In this document: piece after piece, positions 40,375 to 49,433 of the stretch
Layout: every line of letters begins with the position of its first letter
How positions within the stretch are numbered: position 1 is the stretch's first letter
DNA from: Thermoproteota archaeon
GTDB lineage: Archaea; Thermoproteota; EX4484-205; JAAOZP01
Assembly (NCBI GenBank): GCA_049700215.1
Contig: JBNAVT010000002.1
Span: 14,711-78,710 of the forward strand
DNA: 64,000 nucleotides
Reading direction: 5' to 3'
Made by a program: the position numbers and the translations under genes
Notes under the pieces: generated by a model
The model's input: only the letters and a program-made list of their open reading frames with translations
Databases searched by the model: none
What the model was told of the DNA's origin: nothing

Positions 40375-40572
40375 TAGCGCGCACTCACGTTTTGGTCAAA
40401 CGCCTTTAAAAATTTGGAGTAGCAACCTTGAGGAAATTATTGCTCTAAGCTTGTATGAGCACCCTCTACTTAAGGTTAAGCGCGCGCTATTTGTATTGAA
40501 TGTTAATCATCTCGTCTGTATATCTAGACGAAACTTAAATTCTTGCCTCGGAAAAGGGTTTTGGGCAGGTTG

Positions 40573-42309
40573 TCAACCTAGTGTTCCGAAGGGGAAAACG
40601 CCTGCTGAAACCCAGGCGAAGAGGAGCGCGTTGAAGACTGTGCCCGTGCCTATGGATGAGGTAATCCTGTGAAGCCACCATGAGCACGCGGTTGAGGTGA
40701 CGAATTGCACCGTTATGAGCGGAAGGAACTCTATTAGGAAGCCGAGGAAAGAGGTGAGCGGCTTAACTTCGAACAGGAACATCGGGATATACTGCACGCC
40801 CATTACGAGAATGTAGGGTGCAATCTTGATCCCGATGGTTCTAAGCATTTCCAGGGCTTCCGGGAGAAAACCGTTCTCCCTGCTTCCGCCGCGCAGAATA
40901 TGCAGGTAAATCGCTTCAACGTAGAAGAAGACCAGGAAGAACGGTATGAGGGTTAGAAACAGTATGATTCTCTCCGGAACGCGGAGAACTCTGAAAATGG
41001 GTACGAAAATCCAAAGGTTCATGTCTAGGAATAGATGCACAAGGTAAACAATGGTGTAGAGCATTAGGAACATGCTTACTGCAACCAAGACTCCTCGCCG
41101 CGTGAAGGATTCTGATGCTAATCTTCTCATTCTCAGCCTAACGCCTAAAAATCTAGGCATGGCAAACAGGATGAGAGAACCCCCGGCTAAAGCAACCATG
41201 AGCAGCCACCAGGCTATTGAGGAGCCGAATAAAACTGGTGGGAAAGGCAGGCTGAAGCCCAGTATGAACGCTGGTAGGAGCAGCGCTATGCTCAGAGCCC
41301 CCCAAATAACCATAATCTTCCAGTCTTTAAGGGAGCCATGCTCCCGCGCCCTCTTATTCTGGGGCTTGCGCGGCGAGATGAACGTGGAGACCGGGAAGGT
41401 TAAACCTACTAGCGAGAAGACGCTCAGGAGCATCATTGTTTCACGGTAGGGGTATGTTAAGCCTTCTTCCAGCAGCCCGATTCGGCTTGCTCCACTGGGC
41501 TTGAGAGCGCTGCCCATCCAGACAACTGTTTCGGAAACAATAGTCGGGTCGAGGGGTTCAAGCAGATGGGTTGTAGCTGGGGCTACTAGTTTCCTTGCGG
41601 TTCCAGAGTTGAAATCACCGTATAGTCTTCCAGGAGAAACCTCATGAACCCCGAAAACCGGGGGTAGCCATTCCCCAGCAACCTGGTTCAGGTTGAAAAG
41701 AACGTCCTGCCTACCTATGGCTACCAGCAGGTTCCTTGGGAAAGTGGTGTTTAGAACCCCGTATTCCAACGGGCTGGAGGCCATTCCGCCTAAGCCTCCC
41801 GCTATGAGCACGGTTGCTTTAACCCCCCGGTGGGCGGCGGCAGCAGCCCTGACCGCTCCAGCACCCAAGCTGTGCCCAACTAGGCCGAGTGAAGAAGCGT
41901 CTACATACGGCAGCTTTTCAACGTATCTTAAGGCTGCAATAGCCCCGAGGCTGGGGTCCTTAGTTGCGCCGAGCCGCCCACCGGAGTCGCCATGGCCCAC
42001 AACATCTATCGATAATGCGACGAAGCCCCTTCTAGCGAGCTCTAAGGCTATGCTGCTCATGGATTCTTTAGCACTGCTGATACCGTGCACAAGGACTACT
42101 GCCGGCATAGGGTTCTCCACGGTGGCCGCATGCGGGCGGTATAGTGCCCCGCTTATGTAGTGTTCGCCATCCGGTATTCTAACAGTTTTTACTTCAAGCC
42201 TTCCGAAGTCGTTGTTTATTAGGAATGCTGCGACTGTCCCTAGTAGGAAGACAGTGGCTAAAACAATCAGTGTCAAACAGCTTGTTCCCGCTGGCCCCAT
42301 GCGTGTCAA
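40573..42309 (-). CDS. Membrane-bound alpha/beta hydrolase
   Basis: VLVHG; GHGDS; GHSLGAG nucleophile elbow; TTHLLE; multi-TM C-terminal half. Confidence 0.85.
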   Translation of the reverse strand: MTRMGPAGTSCLTLIVLATVFLLGTVAAFLINNDFGRLEVKTVRIPDGEHYISGALYRPHAATVENPMPAVVLVHGISSAKESMSSIALELARRGFVALSIDVVGHGDSGGRLGATKDPSLGAIAALRYVEKLPYVDASSLGLVGHSLGAGAVRAAAAAHRGVKATVLIAGGLGGMASSPLEYGVLNTTFPRNLLVAIGRQDVLFNLNQVAGEWLPPVFGVHEVSPGRLYGDFNSGTARKLVAPATTHLLEPLDPTIVSETVVWMGSALKPSGASRIGLLEEGLTYPYRETMMLLSVFSLVGLTFPVSTFISPRKPQNKRAREHGSLKDWKIMVIWGALSIALLLPAFILGFSLPFPPVLFGSSIAWWLLMVALAGGSLILFAMPRFLGVRLRMRRLASESFTRRGVLVAVSMFLMLYTIVYLVHLFLDMNLWIFVPIFRVLRVPERIILFLTLIPFFLVFFYVEAIYLHILRGGSRENGFLPEALEMLRTIGIKIAPYILVMGVQYIPMFLFEVKPLTSFLGFLIEFLPLITVQFVTSTACSWWLHRITSSIGTGTVFNALLFAWVSAGVFPFGTLG

Positions 42310-42789
42310 CGTTTTTCCTTAAGCCTATATATTTGTTTCCCTATGCTTTCTGCAAGCGTGTTGTTCAACGTTTTCACGCGTGCCCGAACCGTTTCCACTT
42401 AAGGCTGGTTTCACGTTTTCCCCGCCTATGGTTCTCCGATTTAAATTACTTATATCATTGAGTAGCAGTAATTCGACTTAGCGCGCTGTATTCGAGCAAA
42501 AAAGTATTGGTAGAGCAGGCGAGCCTGATCCAGAACGGACTTTGATCCTTTCTATTTCGTGAAAGAACATTACAGGAAACAGAGGTTGGTTGAGCGAAGA
42601 CGCTGAAGCCTCCAGACAAAGAATGTTTACGGGATGGGTTGCACATCTCCATTTTTACTCCTGGCCGCGGGCGGGTTACTTACGTAGAGTATGTGAAGCC
42701 TTAACAATAATGGGAATCAGGAAAAGCGTAGCGCGCACTATAATCTTTGCAGGATTAAAATATTTGTTCTCTAAAGGGGTTTTATGGGG

Positions 42790-43267
42790 TCAGTCCTCCG
42801 GCATCCTTGTTTTTCTTTCAACGGCTGCTTTAGCCAGAGTCTCACCAAGCCTCTTCAACTCAGACAAGTCTTTTTCAAACGGTGATCCTTTCTCCCTGAG
42901 CCCCCAGACAACGCCTCCAGCAGTCTTCTCCATTTTGAAAGCTGGGAAAATCCTTTCTATGCTTAACAGTGCTGAGTCGCTTGAACTGCCGCCGCATGTG
43001 AATGGCTGCCGGTTTTCCAGCAGCCTTCTCCCTTACGCTCCAGGCTCTGTCGAAGAAATCCTTCAACAATCCCGCCATGTAGCCGAAATAGTTGGGTGAG
43101 CCGAATGCTACGGCGTTGCACGATATAAGGTCTTCAACAGTAGCGTAGTCCACGCGTTTCAGCTCAGCAGTGGCGCCTTCAACCTTCTCCACGCCTTGAG
43201 CAACCACCTTAGCTAAGGCTTCAACGTTTCCCCCTCGAGAATAGTAAAGTATTAGGACTCTAACCAT
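42790..43267 (-). pseudogene. Flavodoxin/WrbA-like protein, frameshifted
   Basis: MVRVLILYYSRGGNVEALA...GSPNYFGYMAGLLKDFFD...GKPAA, shift at ~43000, then FTCGGSSS...LKRLGETLAKAA...ED*. Confidence 0.8.
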
Positions 43268-43381
43268 GTTCCCAAGCCTCCTGCTGTAACCCTGCAATCC
43301 TAACAAAAATACTTTACTGTGAAAGCTTTATGCTAAACTTTTGATTGCCAGAACTGGTGGAAATAAAGGTTAAAAAGGAGA

Positions 43382-44572
43382 TTGAAGAATTTTTTTCTCA
43401 TGGAGGGCTTCCAGTTTCAATGTCCCACTAGAATCGTTTTCGGCAGGGGTGTTGAAAACCTGGTTGGGGAAGAGGTGAAGAAATACAGTGATAAGGTTCT
43501 TTTCCACTATGGTGGTGGAAGCATAAAGAGAATAGGTCTCTACGACAGGGTTGTAGAATCCTTGAAGAGTGCTGGCGTCAGGTTTATCGAGCTTCCAGGT
43601 GTTAAGCCTAATCCTCGTTTAAGCCTTGTTAGAAAGGGAATAGAGGTGTGTAGGAGTAGTGGTGTAGATTTCATACTGGCGGTTGGAGGCGGGAGCGTCA
43701 TAGACTCTGCTAAAGCCATAAGCGTAGGCGTTCCCTATAGGGGTGACGTGTGGGATTTCTACGTTGACAGGGCTGAGCCAGCGGAGGCTTTGCCCGTCGG
43801 GGTAGTTTTAACTATACCTGGGGCGGGGAGTGAGGCGAGCAGCAGCTCAGTTATCACGAACGAGGAGGATTGGCGTAAGCTTTCGCTCACAACTGAGCTC
43901 CTACGCCCCAGGTTCGCGTTGATGAATCCTGAGGTTACTTTTTCAGTACCGCCCTACTATACTGCTTGCGGAGCAGCTGATATAATGGCTCACGTCATGG
44001 AGAGGTATTTCACTAACGTGCGGCACGCGGACCTGACGGACAGGCTTTGCGAAGCAACTTTAAAAACCGTGATCAGGAATGTTCCAATAGTGTTAAGCGA
44101 GCCTGAGAACTATGATGCTCGAGCTGAAATAATGTGGGCTAGCACTGTTGCGCACAACGATCTTCTGGGGACCGGCCGGATAGGAGACTGGGCTACGCAC
44201 ATGATAGAGCATGAGCTCAGCGGTCTATACGACGTGCCGCATGGCGCTGGGCTGGCCGTATTGTTTCCAAGCTGGATGAGACACGTGTATAAGCACCGCC
44301 TAGACATATTCGTGCAGTTCGCCGTTAGAGTCTGGAACGTTGAACCCGACTTCCAGGATCCTGAGAAAACCGCGCTCGAAGGCATGGAGAGGCTGAAAGC
44401 CTTCTTCAGGCGGATAGGGCTTCCGACAACTCTAAGGGAACTCGGTGTTTGCGACGATAGGCTTGAGGAGATGGCGCTTAGATGCACTGATTCAGGAGCC
44501 TCGAGAATAGGGAGCTTCGTGAAGCTGGGGAAGGACGATGTTCTGAGCATTCTGAGAAACGCCAGGGGATAA
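43382..44572 (+). CDS. Iron-containing alcohol dehydrogenase (NADH-dependent butanol dehydrogenase-like)
   Basis: PTRIVFG; YGGGS; AVGGGSVIDSAK; DIMAHVME; HMIEHE; HGAGLA. Confidence 0.93.
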   Translation: MKNFFLMEGFQFQCPTRIVFGRGVENLVGEEVKKYSDKVLFHYGGGSIKRIGLYDRVVESLKSAGVRFIELPGVKPNPRLSLVRKGIEVCRSSGVDFILAVGGGSVIDSAKAISVGVPYRGDVWDFYVDRAEPAEALPVGVVLTIPGAGSEASSSSVITNEEDWRKLSLTTELLRPRFALMNPEVTFSVPPYYTACGAADIMAHVMERYFTNVRHADLTDRLCEATLKTVIRNVPIVLSEPENYDARAEIMWASTVAHNDLLGTGRIGDWATHMIEHELSGLYDVPHGAGLAVLFPSWMRHVYKHRLDIFVQFAVRVWNVEPDFQDPEKTALEGMERLKAFFRRIGLPTTLRELGVCDDRLEEMALRCTDSGASRIGSFVKLGKDDVLSILRNARG

Positions 44573-44578
44573 CTCCGG

Positions 44579-45814
44579 CTAACGCTTCTTCCTCAGGAGA
44601 CCGTTCGCCCTATCGATGGGATCCTGATATTTTGAAACCCTCCCGTTTAGAACATCCCTGTACCTTACGGCTGCACGGAGCTTAGCGGACTCGTATATGG
44701 CTTCCGCTATTGCTTTTGCCATCATCCCGTCCTCGCCGTCAACCTCCGGCCTTCTTCTTTTCTGAACAGCCTCAAGAAAATCGTAGCACTCCAGTGTAAT
44801 CCCGTCTGTAAAACCATGTGGGAAAAGCCTGTTCTTCCCCTCTTCACCTATGCTTCTGAGGAATTCTTCTCTAAGCTCAAGCATGGTGCGCTGAGTTCCA
44901 TCCTTAAGAATGAGCACAGCATTGTCGAAAGGACCGTGGAAGACATCACCCGAGTCGAGAAGACACCCTTCAGACCCATAGTAAACAACCTTCGTAAAAG
45001 AGTGGCCCGGCGCAGCCATAGTCCAGCTCCATGTCCCGACGAGACCGTTTTCAAAGCTTATTAGCGCAACCCAGCTGTCCTCCACCTCGCTGTAAAAGGT
45101 TTCCCCCTGCTTATCGTGGGGCCATTTTTCAAACTGTCCTACGAAAGCGTAAACCCTGTCCACCTCCCCGAAGAAATATCTCATCGAGTCGCAGAAATGT
45201 GCTCCACTATCCATAGCCAGGCCTCCCCCGCTCAGGTTCCTCTCGACTCTCCAATGCCACTTCTTGGGCTTCAAGGGGTCGTTCCAAGAGGCGTGAATCG
45301 CGTAGAACATTCTGGGCTTGCCGATCAGCCTGGCCTCGTTAATCAGCCAGTGCATAGTCCTCTGGTTCAATCCGCGGCGAATGTTCTCCGCCGTCGCGAC
45401 AATCCTCCCATGCTTTCTCCCAGCAGCTATTATCATCTTGCTCGCCCTCAATGATACTCCAAGGGGTTTCTCAACCATCACATCCGCCCCAGACCTGATA
45501 CACTCTATTGCAACCTTATGGTGTTCAGAATGCGGCGTACATATGTCGACGGCCCTCGGCCTAGCCTTCCTCAACATTTCCCTGGTGTCGAGGAAGACAG
45601 GGGGCCTGTAGCCGAGGAGCTTCTCAGCCTCGTCCGCGAAAGATTCAACAGCCTCCTTTGAAACATCGTTTAAGGCGACAAGCCTGAGTTTCCCAGGCTC
45701 CTTCTCGCTGATCCTTGCATAAGCCATCAAGTGTTCACGGGCTATTCCTCCGCAACCAGCTATCGCGAGTTTAACCGTCCCATCTCCTACCATAGTGGCT
45801 CTCCTGCTTAACAC
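44579..45814 (-). CDS. Gfo/Idh/MocA family oxidoreductase
   Basis: IAGCGGIA; ICTPHSEH; VEKPL; SGGGLAMDSGAH; EVED. Confidence 0.9.
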   Translation of the reverse strand: MLSRRATMVGDGTVKLAIAGCGGIAREHLMAYARISEKEPGKLRLVALNDVSKEAVESFADEAEKLLGYRPPVFLDTREMLRKARPRAVDICTPHSEHHKVAIECIRSGADVMVEKPLGVSLRASKMIIAAGRKHGRIVATAENIRRGLNQRTMHWLINEARLIGKPRMFYAIHASWNDPLKPKKWHWRVERNLSGGGLAMDSGAHFCDSMRYFFGEVDRVYAFVGQFEKWPHDKQGETFYSEVEDSWVALISFENGLVGTWSWTMAAPGHSFTKVVYYGSEGCLLDSGDVFHGPFDNAVLILKDGTQRTMLELREEFLRSIGEEGKNRLFPHGFTDGITLECYDFLEAVQKRRRPEVDGEDGMMAKAIAEAIYESAKLRAAVRYRDVLNGRVSKYQDPIDRANGLLRKKR

Positions 45815-46092
45815 GCCTTAAAAACATATTTTTCAAAATCGCTGGAGACGCTTCTGTAATTGGGACTCTGCCTCCCTGTTAAAGGTTAAGCCTTTTTAAG
45901 ACGCGCGTAAGCTTTTTAGCACTCCGTTTCCCTGTGGAACGAGGTTTTCCCCGGCTTCAAACCGGTTTTTGCATGGCGGAGCCCTATTTGGCTTCAGGCG
46001 CCTTTTCCAGAGGGCTTTATAAACAGGCGTAACCTTAATATTCACCCTTTTAGCGAATGAGCATACTGCAGGCAGGGGTCAAGGAATAAGAA

Positions 46093-46494
46093 ATGAGCAC
46101 GATAATGTTTAGAGAGGTGGATTCGCTCGGCAGGGAGTATGAGGAGGCTCTTAAGAATGTTGAAACCGGTAAGAACGTTAAGACCGGCGGGGCTCTCGTC
46201 ACTTTTCCGGATAAGGAGAGGAAAATCTGCGAGCTTTCAGCAACCTACATGGTGAAGCTGGGAAGGTTCTCCAAGGAGCAGAGAGTAGTAGTTACTCTCA
46301 CGTTTAACAAGGATAGTAATGGGGTTTACGTGGCGAACATGGATGACTCTGTGTTCCACGTGGTTCAGGAGGAGAAGGGAGGCCTGAAAGAGGTTTGGAG
46401 TGGAAGGCTTAGAGAAGCGATGGATAAACTGGGGGATGTTGCCAGGATTCACGTAAACGTGATGTCAAGCCTCTCCAGCAAGTCTTCGTCCTGA
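46093..46494 (+). CDS. Hypothetical protein
   Basis: 133-aa ORF with host-like codon usage; no recognised motif. Confidence 0.65.
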   Translation: MSTIMFREVDSLGREYEEALKNVETGKNVKTGGALVTFPDKERKICELSATYMVKLGRFSKEQRVVVTLTFNKDSNGVYVANMDDSVFHVVQEEKGGLKEVWSGRLREAMDKLGDVARIHVNVMSSLSSKSSS

Positions 46495-46793
46495 TTAGCG
46501 CGCGAATACTAAATATTTGGCGCATAATAAGCCGCCTCCTACGTTTAGTCTTGAGACGTAGCTCGAGGATTAGATTAGCGCGCGTCTTTTTGGTACTCCC
46601 CTGTTCTGATAGATATTTCCTAGATTATCAATTCCTAATAAGTGCACGCGCTGTTGTTAAAGCCAAAAACTAGCTTTGTGGCTTAATTCTTGGGCTTTGC
46701 CACAATCATGTTAAGATTTTCCACTAGCGCGCGCGCTAAAGCAAAAAACTTATATATTACTTCCGTAGGGTCTAAAAAAGTGAGCGATATAAA

Positions 46794-49424
46794 ATGAACA
46801 TATGCTCCATGGATTTTGGAAAATATGTTGCAGTATTGACCCTTCTAGCAACAGTAGCGCTTACCCAGCTGACGATGCCTGCTTTCGCTCAGCAAGTGCC
46901 AAACGGTGGTTGGCTGGATGAAATCGTTTTCTTCAAAGAAAGCGATGCAAGCAAGATGTTCGACATGATAGAGAAGGGTGAGGCGCATGAATGGCAGTGG
47001 ACGGCCCCTGTAACTCTTATTGACAGGATAAAGGCTTCTGATAAGGTTGGATATGTTTCCTCATCAGGAATCTTTTATGTGCTCGATGTGAATCCGTGTC
47101 CGTTTAGAAGCGGCTTTAACCCGTTTGTAAACGCGAAAATGAGAGAAGCGTTAAACTACATCGTGGATAGAGAGTATCTTGCTTACACCATTATGAAGGG
47201 TGCTGGGAGGCCGAAGTATACCATACTTGTCTCCAGTTTTCCGGATTATGGTCAGGTTATAGATGTTGCTAAAATAATTGAAAGCAAGTACAGGTTTAAT
47301 CTCGATGCCGCTAAGGAGATAATCTACAAGGAAATGGCTGATATGGGGGCTGTTCTCAAAGATGGGAAATGGTACTATGAAAACAAGGTTGTCACTATAA
47401 AATTCATCATAAGAATTGAAGATGCGAGGAGAGATATTGGTGATTTCATAGCTTCACAGCTTGAAAAGCTTGGTTTCATCGTAGACAGGCAGTATAAACC
47501 AGCATCGGAGGCCTTCCCCATTAGGTATGCTACTGACGCGCGCGATGGATTATGGCACCTCTACACCGGCGGGTATGAAGCAGGCTTCGACCAATCCGGA
47601 GACTTTTGGGGCTTCTTTGCAGGTGCCTACATAGAAACGGGTGCCGTCCATGACCCAGTCTTTTCAGAAATTGCTAGAAGGCTTTCCACGGCTGACTATA
47701 CTTCTTTAGAGGAGAAAATCAGCCTAATGAAGAAAGCATTGTTAATGTCGGTGGAAGACTCAACCTACGTCGGATTGGCTGACAGGCTTTCAATATTCAT
47801 GGTTTCAAAGGATGTGGTGGCAGCATACCATCTTAGCGCCGGACCTTGGAGAATGCCGTGGAGCAGAACTGTTAGGCTTAAGGACAGAGTTGGCGGAACG
47901 ATAAAAGTGGGTGAACAGGATCTTCTCGTAGAGGAGATGAATCCTGTTGCACTCGGCGGATGGGTCTGGGATATGGCTGTCTACATGCCGACTCAAGACT
48001 ACGGATTCATCGAGAATCCTTACACGGTTGCATTAATCCCATTGAGAGTTAAGGAGTACAGTGTTGAAGTGACTCAAGGAATCGCGATTAAACAAACGCC
48101 GGAAGTTAAAACGGTTGACCAAGTAAGAGTTCCTTCTGACGCTATTGCCGCATGGGATGCTGTAAACAAGAAGTATGTCAATGTCGGGGAGAACAAGTAT
48201 GCTAAAGCCAAGGTGACTTTAGTGTACGACTCTCCCCTCGGTAAATATCACGATGGTACGGACATAACTTTAGCAGACTTCATGTTCTGGTTCGCCCTTT
48301 CCTTTGAAAGGACAAGTAGTTCCAGCAAGATTTACGACGAGTCTGCTGTACCCGGATTCATAGCCACAATGCGGCAATTCATAGGTTTCAAAGTTATTCG
48401 TAGCAACCCGGTGACTGTGGAAGTCTATGTTAACATGACTCACGTCGAACCGACTCGTCTCGCTGACTGGGCTGCTCAACGCTTCACGCTATCGGGATTT
48501 CCGTACTTCCCGTGGCACGACCTTGCTGTTGCAATTCTCGCTAGACAGGATGGAAAGCTTGGTTTCAGCGCTCTTGAAGCTCGGTCTCTTGGATGTGAAA
48601 GAGTCAATTTCATGTATGGTCCAAGCATGGCAATACTAAACGAGTATCTTGATAAAGCGATAAAGGAAAAATACGTGCCTGAATGGATAAAGGATTATGT
48701 TACTCCAGATGAAGCAGTGGCAAGATACCAGAAGCTTAAAGAGTTCTACAACAAATATAAGCACTTCTGGGTTGGTTGCGGGCCGTACTATTTATACTCC
48801 ACTGATCCTGTGGGGAAGGTTGCGGTGTTAAAGGCTTTCAGAGAATACGTGTATAAGGCTGACAAATTTGATTGGCTGCTAAAGTCATCTACTCCTGAAG
48901 CCTCTTTAAAGGTTCCTGAAAAGATTGTTCCAGGCATTGAGGCAAATATTACCGTAACCATCAGTTCAATGGGAGAACCTTATCCAAGAAGCAATATAGA
49001 GAAGGTCATGTATCTCATAACAGATCCAGCAGGCAACATGCTTTTAAGCGGTATTGCGAGAGAAACTGCTACCGAAGGACTTTACCAAATAAGGCTTAAC
49101 GGGACTGAAACTTCAAAACTGCCTCCTGGCACGCATACGGTAACCGTATATGCGTTCAGCAATATTGTCGCAGTCCCGGGAAGTGGAGAAGCAACTATCG
49201 CAGTTATACCGCCTGCAAGCTACATAACGCTGGAGCTGAATAGGGTTAGGCAAGAGATGGAGGCCAGGCTGTCCGCAATAGAAGCCTTGAACACTCAGGT
49301 CTCCAATTTATCGTCTGAAGTAAACTCGTTAAAGAGTACTTTAAACATGGCTGTAGGGATAGGGGTTGTTGCGATAATAATTGCCGTAGTGGCAGTAGTC
49401 CTTAGTATTAGAAAGAAGCGATGA
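46794..49424 (+). CDS. ABC transporter substrate-binding protein, family 5 (Opp/Dpp type, archaeal membrane-anchored)
   Basis: Signal peptide; NPF...REALNYIVDRE; FIIRIEDARRDIGD; YHDGTDITLAD; GPY; C-terminal coiled coil plus TM. Confidence 0.9.
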   Translation: MNICSMDFGKYVAVLTLLATVALTQLTMPAFAQQVPNGGWLDEIVFFKESDASKMFDMIEKGEAHEWQWTAPVTLIDRIKASDKVGYVSSSGIFYVLDVNPCPFRSGFNPFVNAKMREALNYIVDREYLAYTIMKGAGRPKYTILVSSFPDYGQVIDVAKIIESKYRFNLDAAKEIIYKEMADMGAVLKDGKWYYENKVVTIKFIIRIEDARRDIGDFIASQLEKLGFIVDRQYKPASEAFPIRYATDARDGLWHLYTGGYEAGFDQSGDFWGFFAGAYIETGAVHDPVFSEIARRLSTADYTSLEEKISLMKKALLMSVEDSTYVGLADRLSIFMVSKDVVAAYHLSAGPWRMPWSRTVRLKDRVGGTIKVGEQDLLVEEMNPVALGGWVWDMAVYMPTQDYGFIENPYTVALIPLRVKEYSVEVTQGIAIKQTPEVKTVDQVRVPSDAIAAWDAVNKKYVNVGENKYAKAKVTLVYDSPLGKYHDGTDITLADFMFWFALSFERTSSSSKIYDESAVPGFIATMRQFIGFKVIRSNPVTVEVYVNMTHVEPTRLADWAAQRFTLSGFPYFPWHDLAVAILARQDGKLGFSALEARSLGCERVNFMYGPSMAILNEYLDKAIKEKYVPEWIKDYVTPDEAVARYQKLKEFYNKYKHFWVGCGPYYLYSTDPVGKVAVLKAFREYVYKADKFDWLLKSSTPEASLKVPEKIVPGIEANITVTISSMGEPYPRSNIEKVMYLITDPAGNMLLSGIARETATEGLYQIRLNGTETSKLPPGTHTVTVYAFSNIVAVPGSGEATIAVIPPASYITLELNRVRQEMEARLSAIEALNTQVSNLSSEVNSLKSTLNMAVGIGVVAIIIAVVAVVLSIRKKR

Positions 49425-49433
49425 AAAAGCAAG

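Larger units (their letters stand above)
38410..46738. repeat. TAGCGCGCGCTA-type palindromes in the catabolic region (10 copies)
   Basis: Copies at 38410, 38740, 40375, 40478, 42479, 42729, 46496, 46576, 46641, 46725. Confidence 0.85.

Noticed and set aside
42590-43099. 169-aa + strand ORF
   Set aside because: Crosses a palindrome junction and is antisense to the flavodoxin pseudogene; no recognisable domain.
45815-46092. Possible tRNA/ncRNA in this gap and in 62178-62345
   Set aside because: No cloverleaf, T-loop or C/D box pattern could be supported by eye.
46496-46738. CRISPR array
   Set aside because: Repeats are only 10-14 bp and variable, spacer lengths are irregular, and there is no leader or cas gene in the window.
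1454-46760. Palindrome as merely a transcription-factor operator
   Set aside because: Several copies lie near TATA boxes, but others sit at 3' ends, at truncation points of gene fragments and inside a gene at frameshifts, which an operator does not explain.
47535-47546. GACGCGCGCGAT inside the substrate-binding protein gene
   Set aside because: In frame (TDARD), no disruption and no TA flanks; not counted as a junction copy. CAGCGCGCACGC in the transposase (~54172) and ACGCGCGT at 45901 were excluded as similarly ambiguous.
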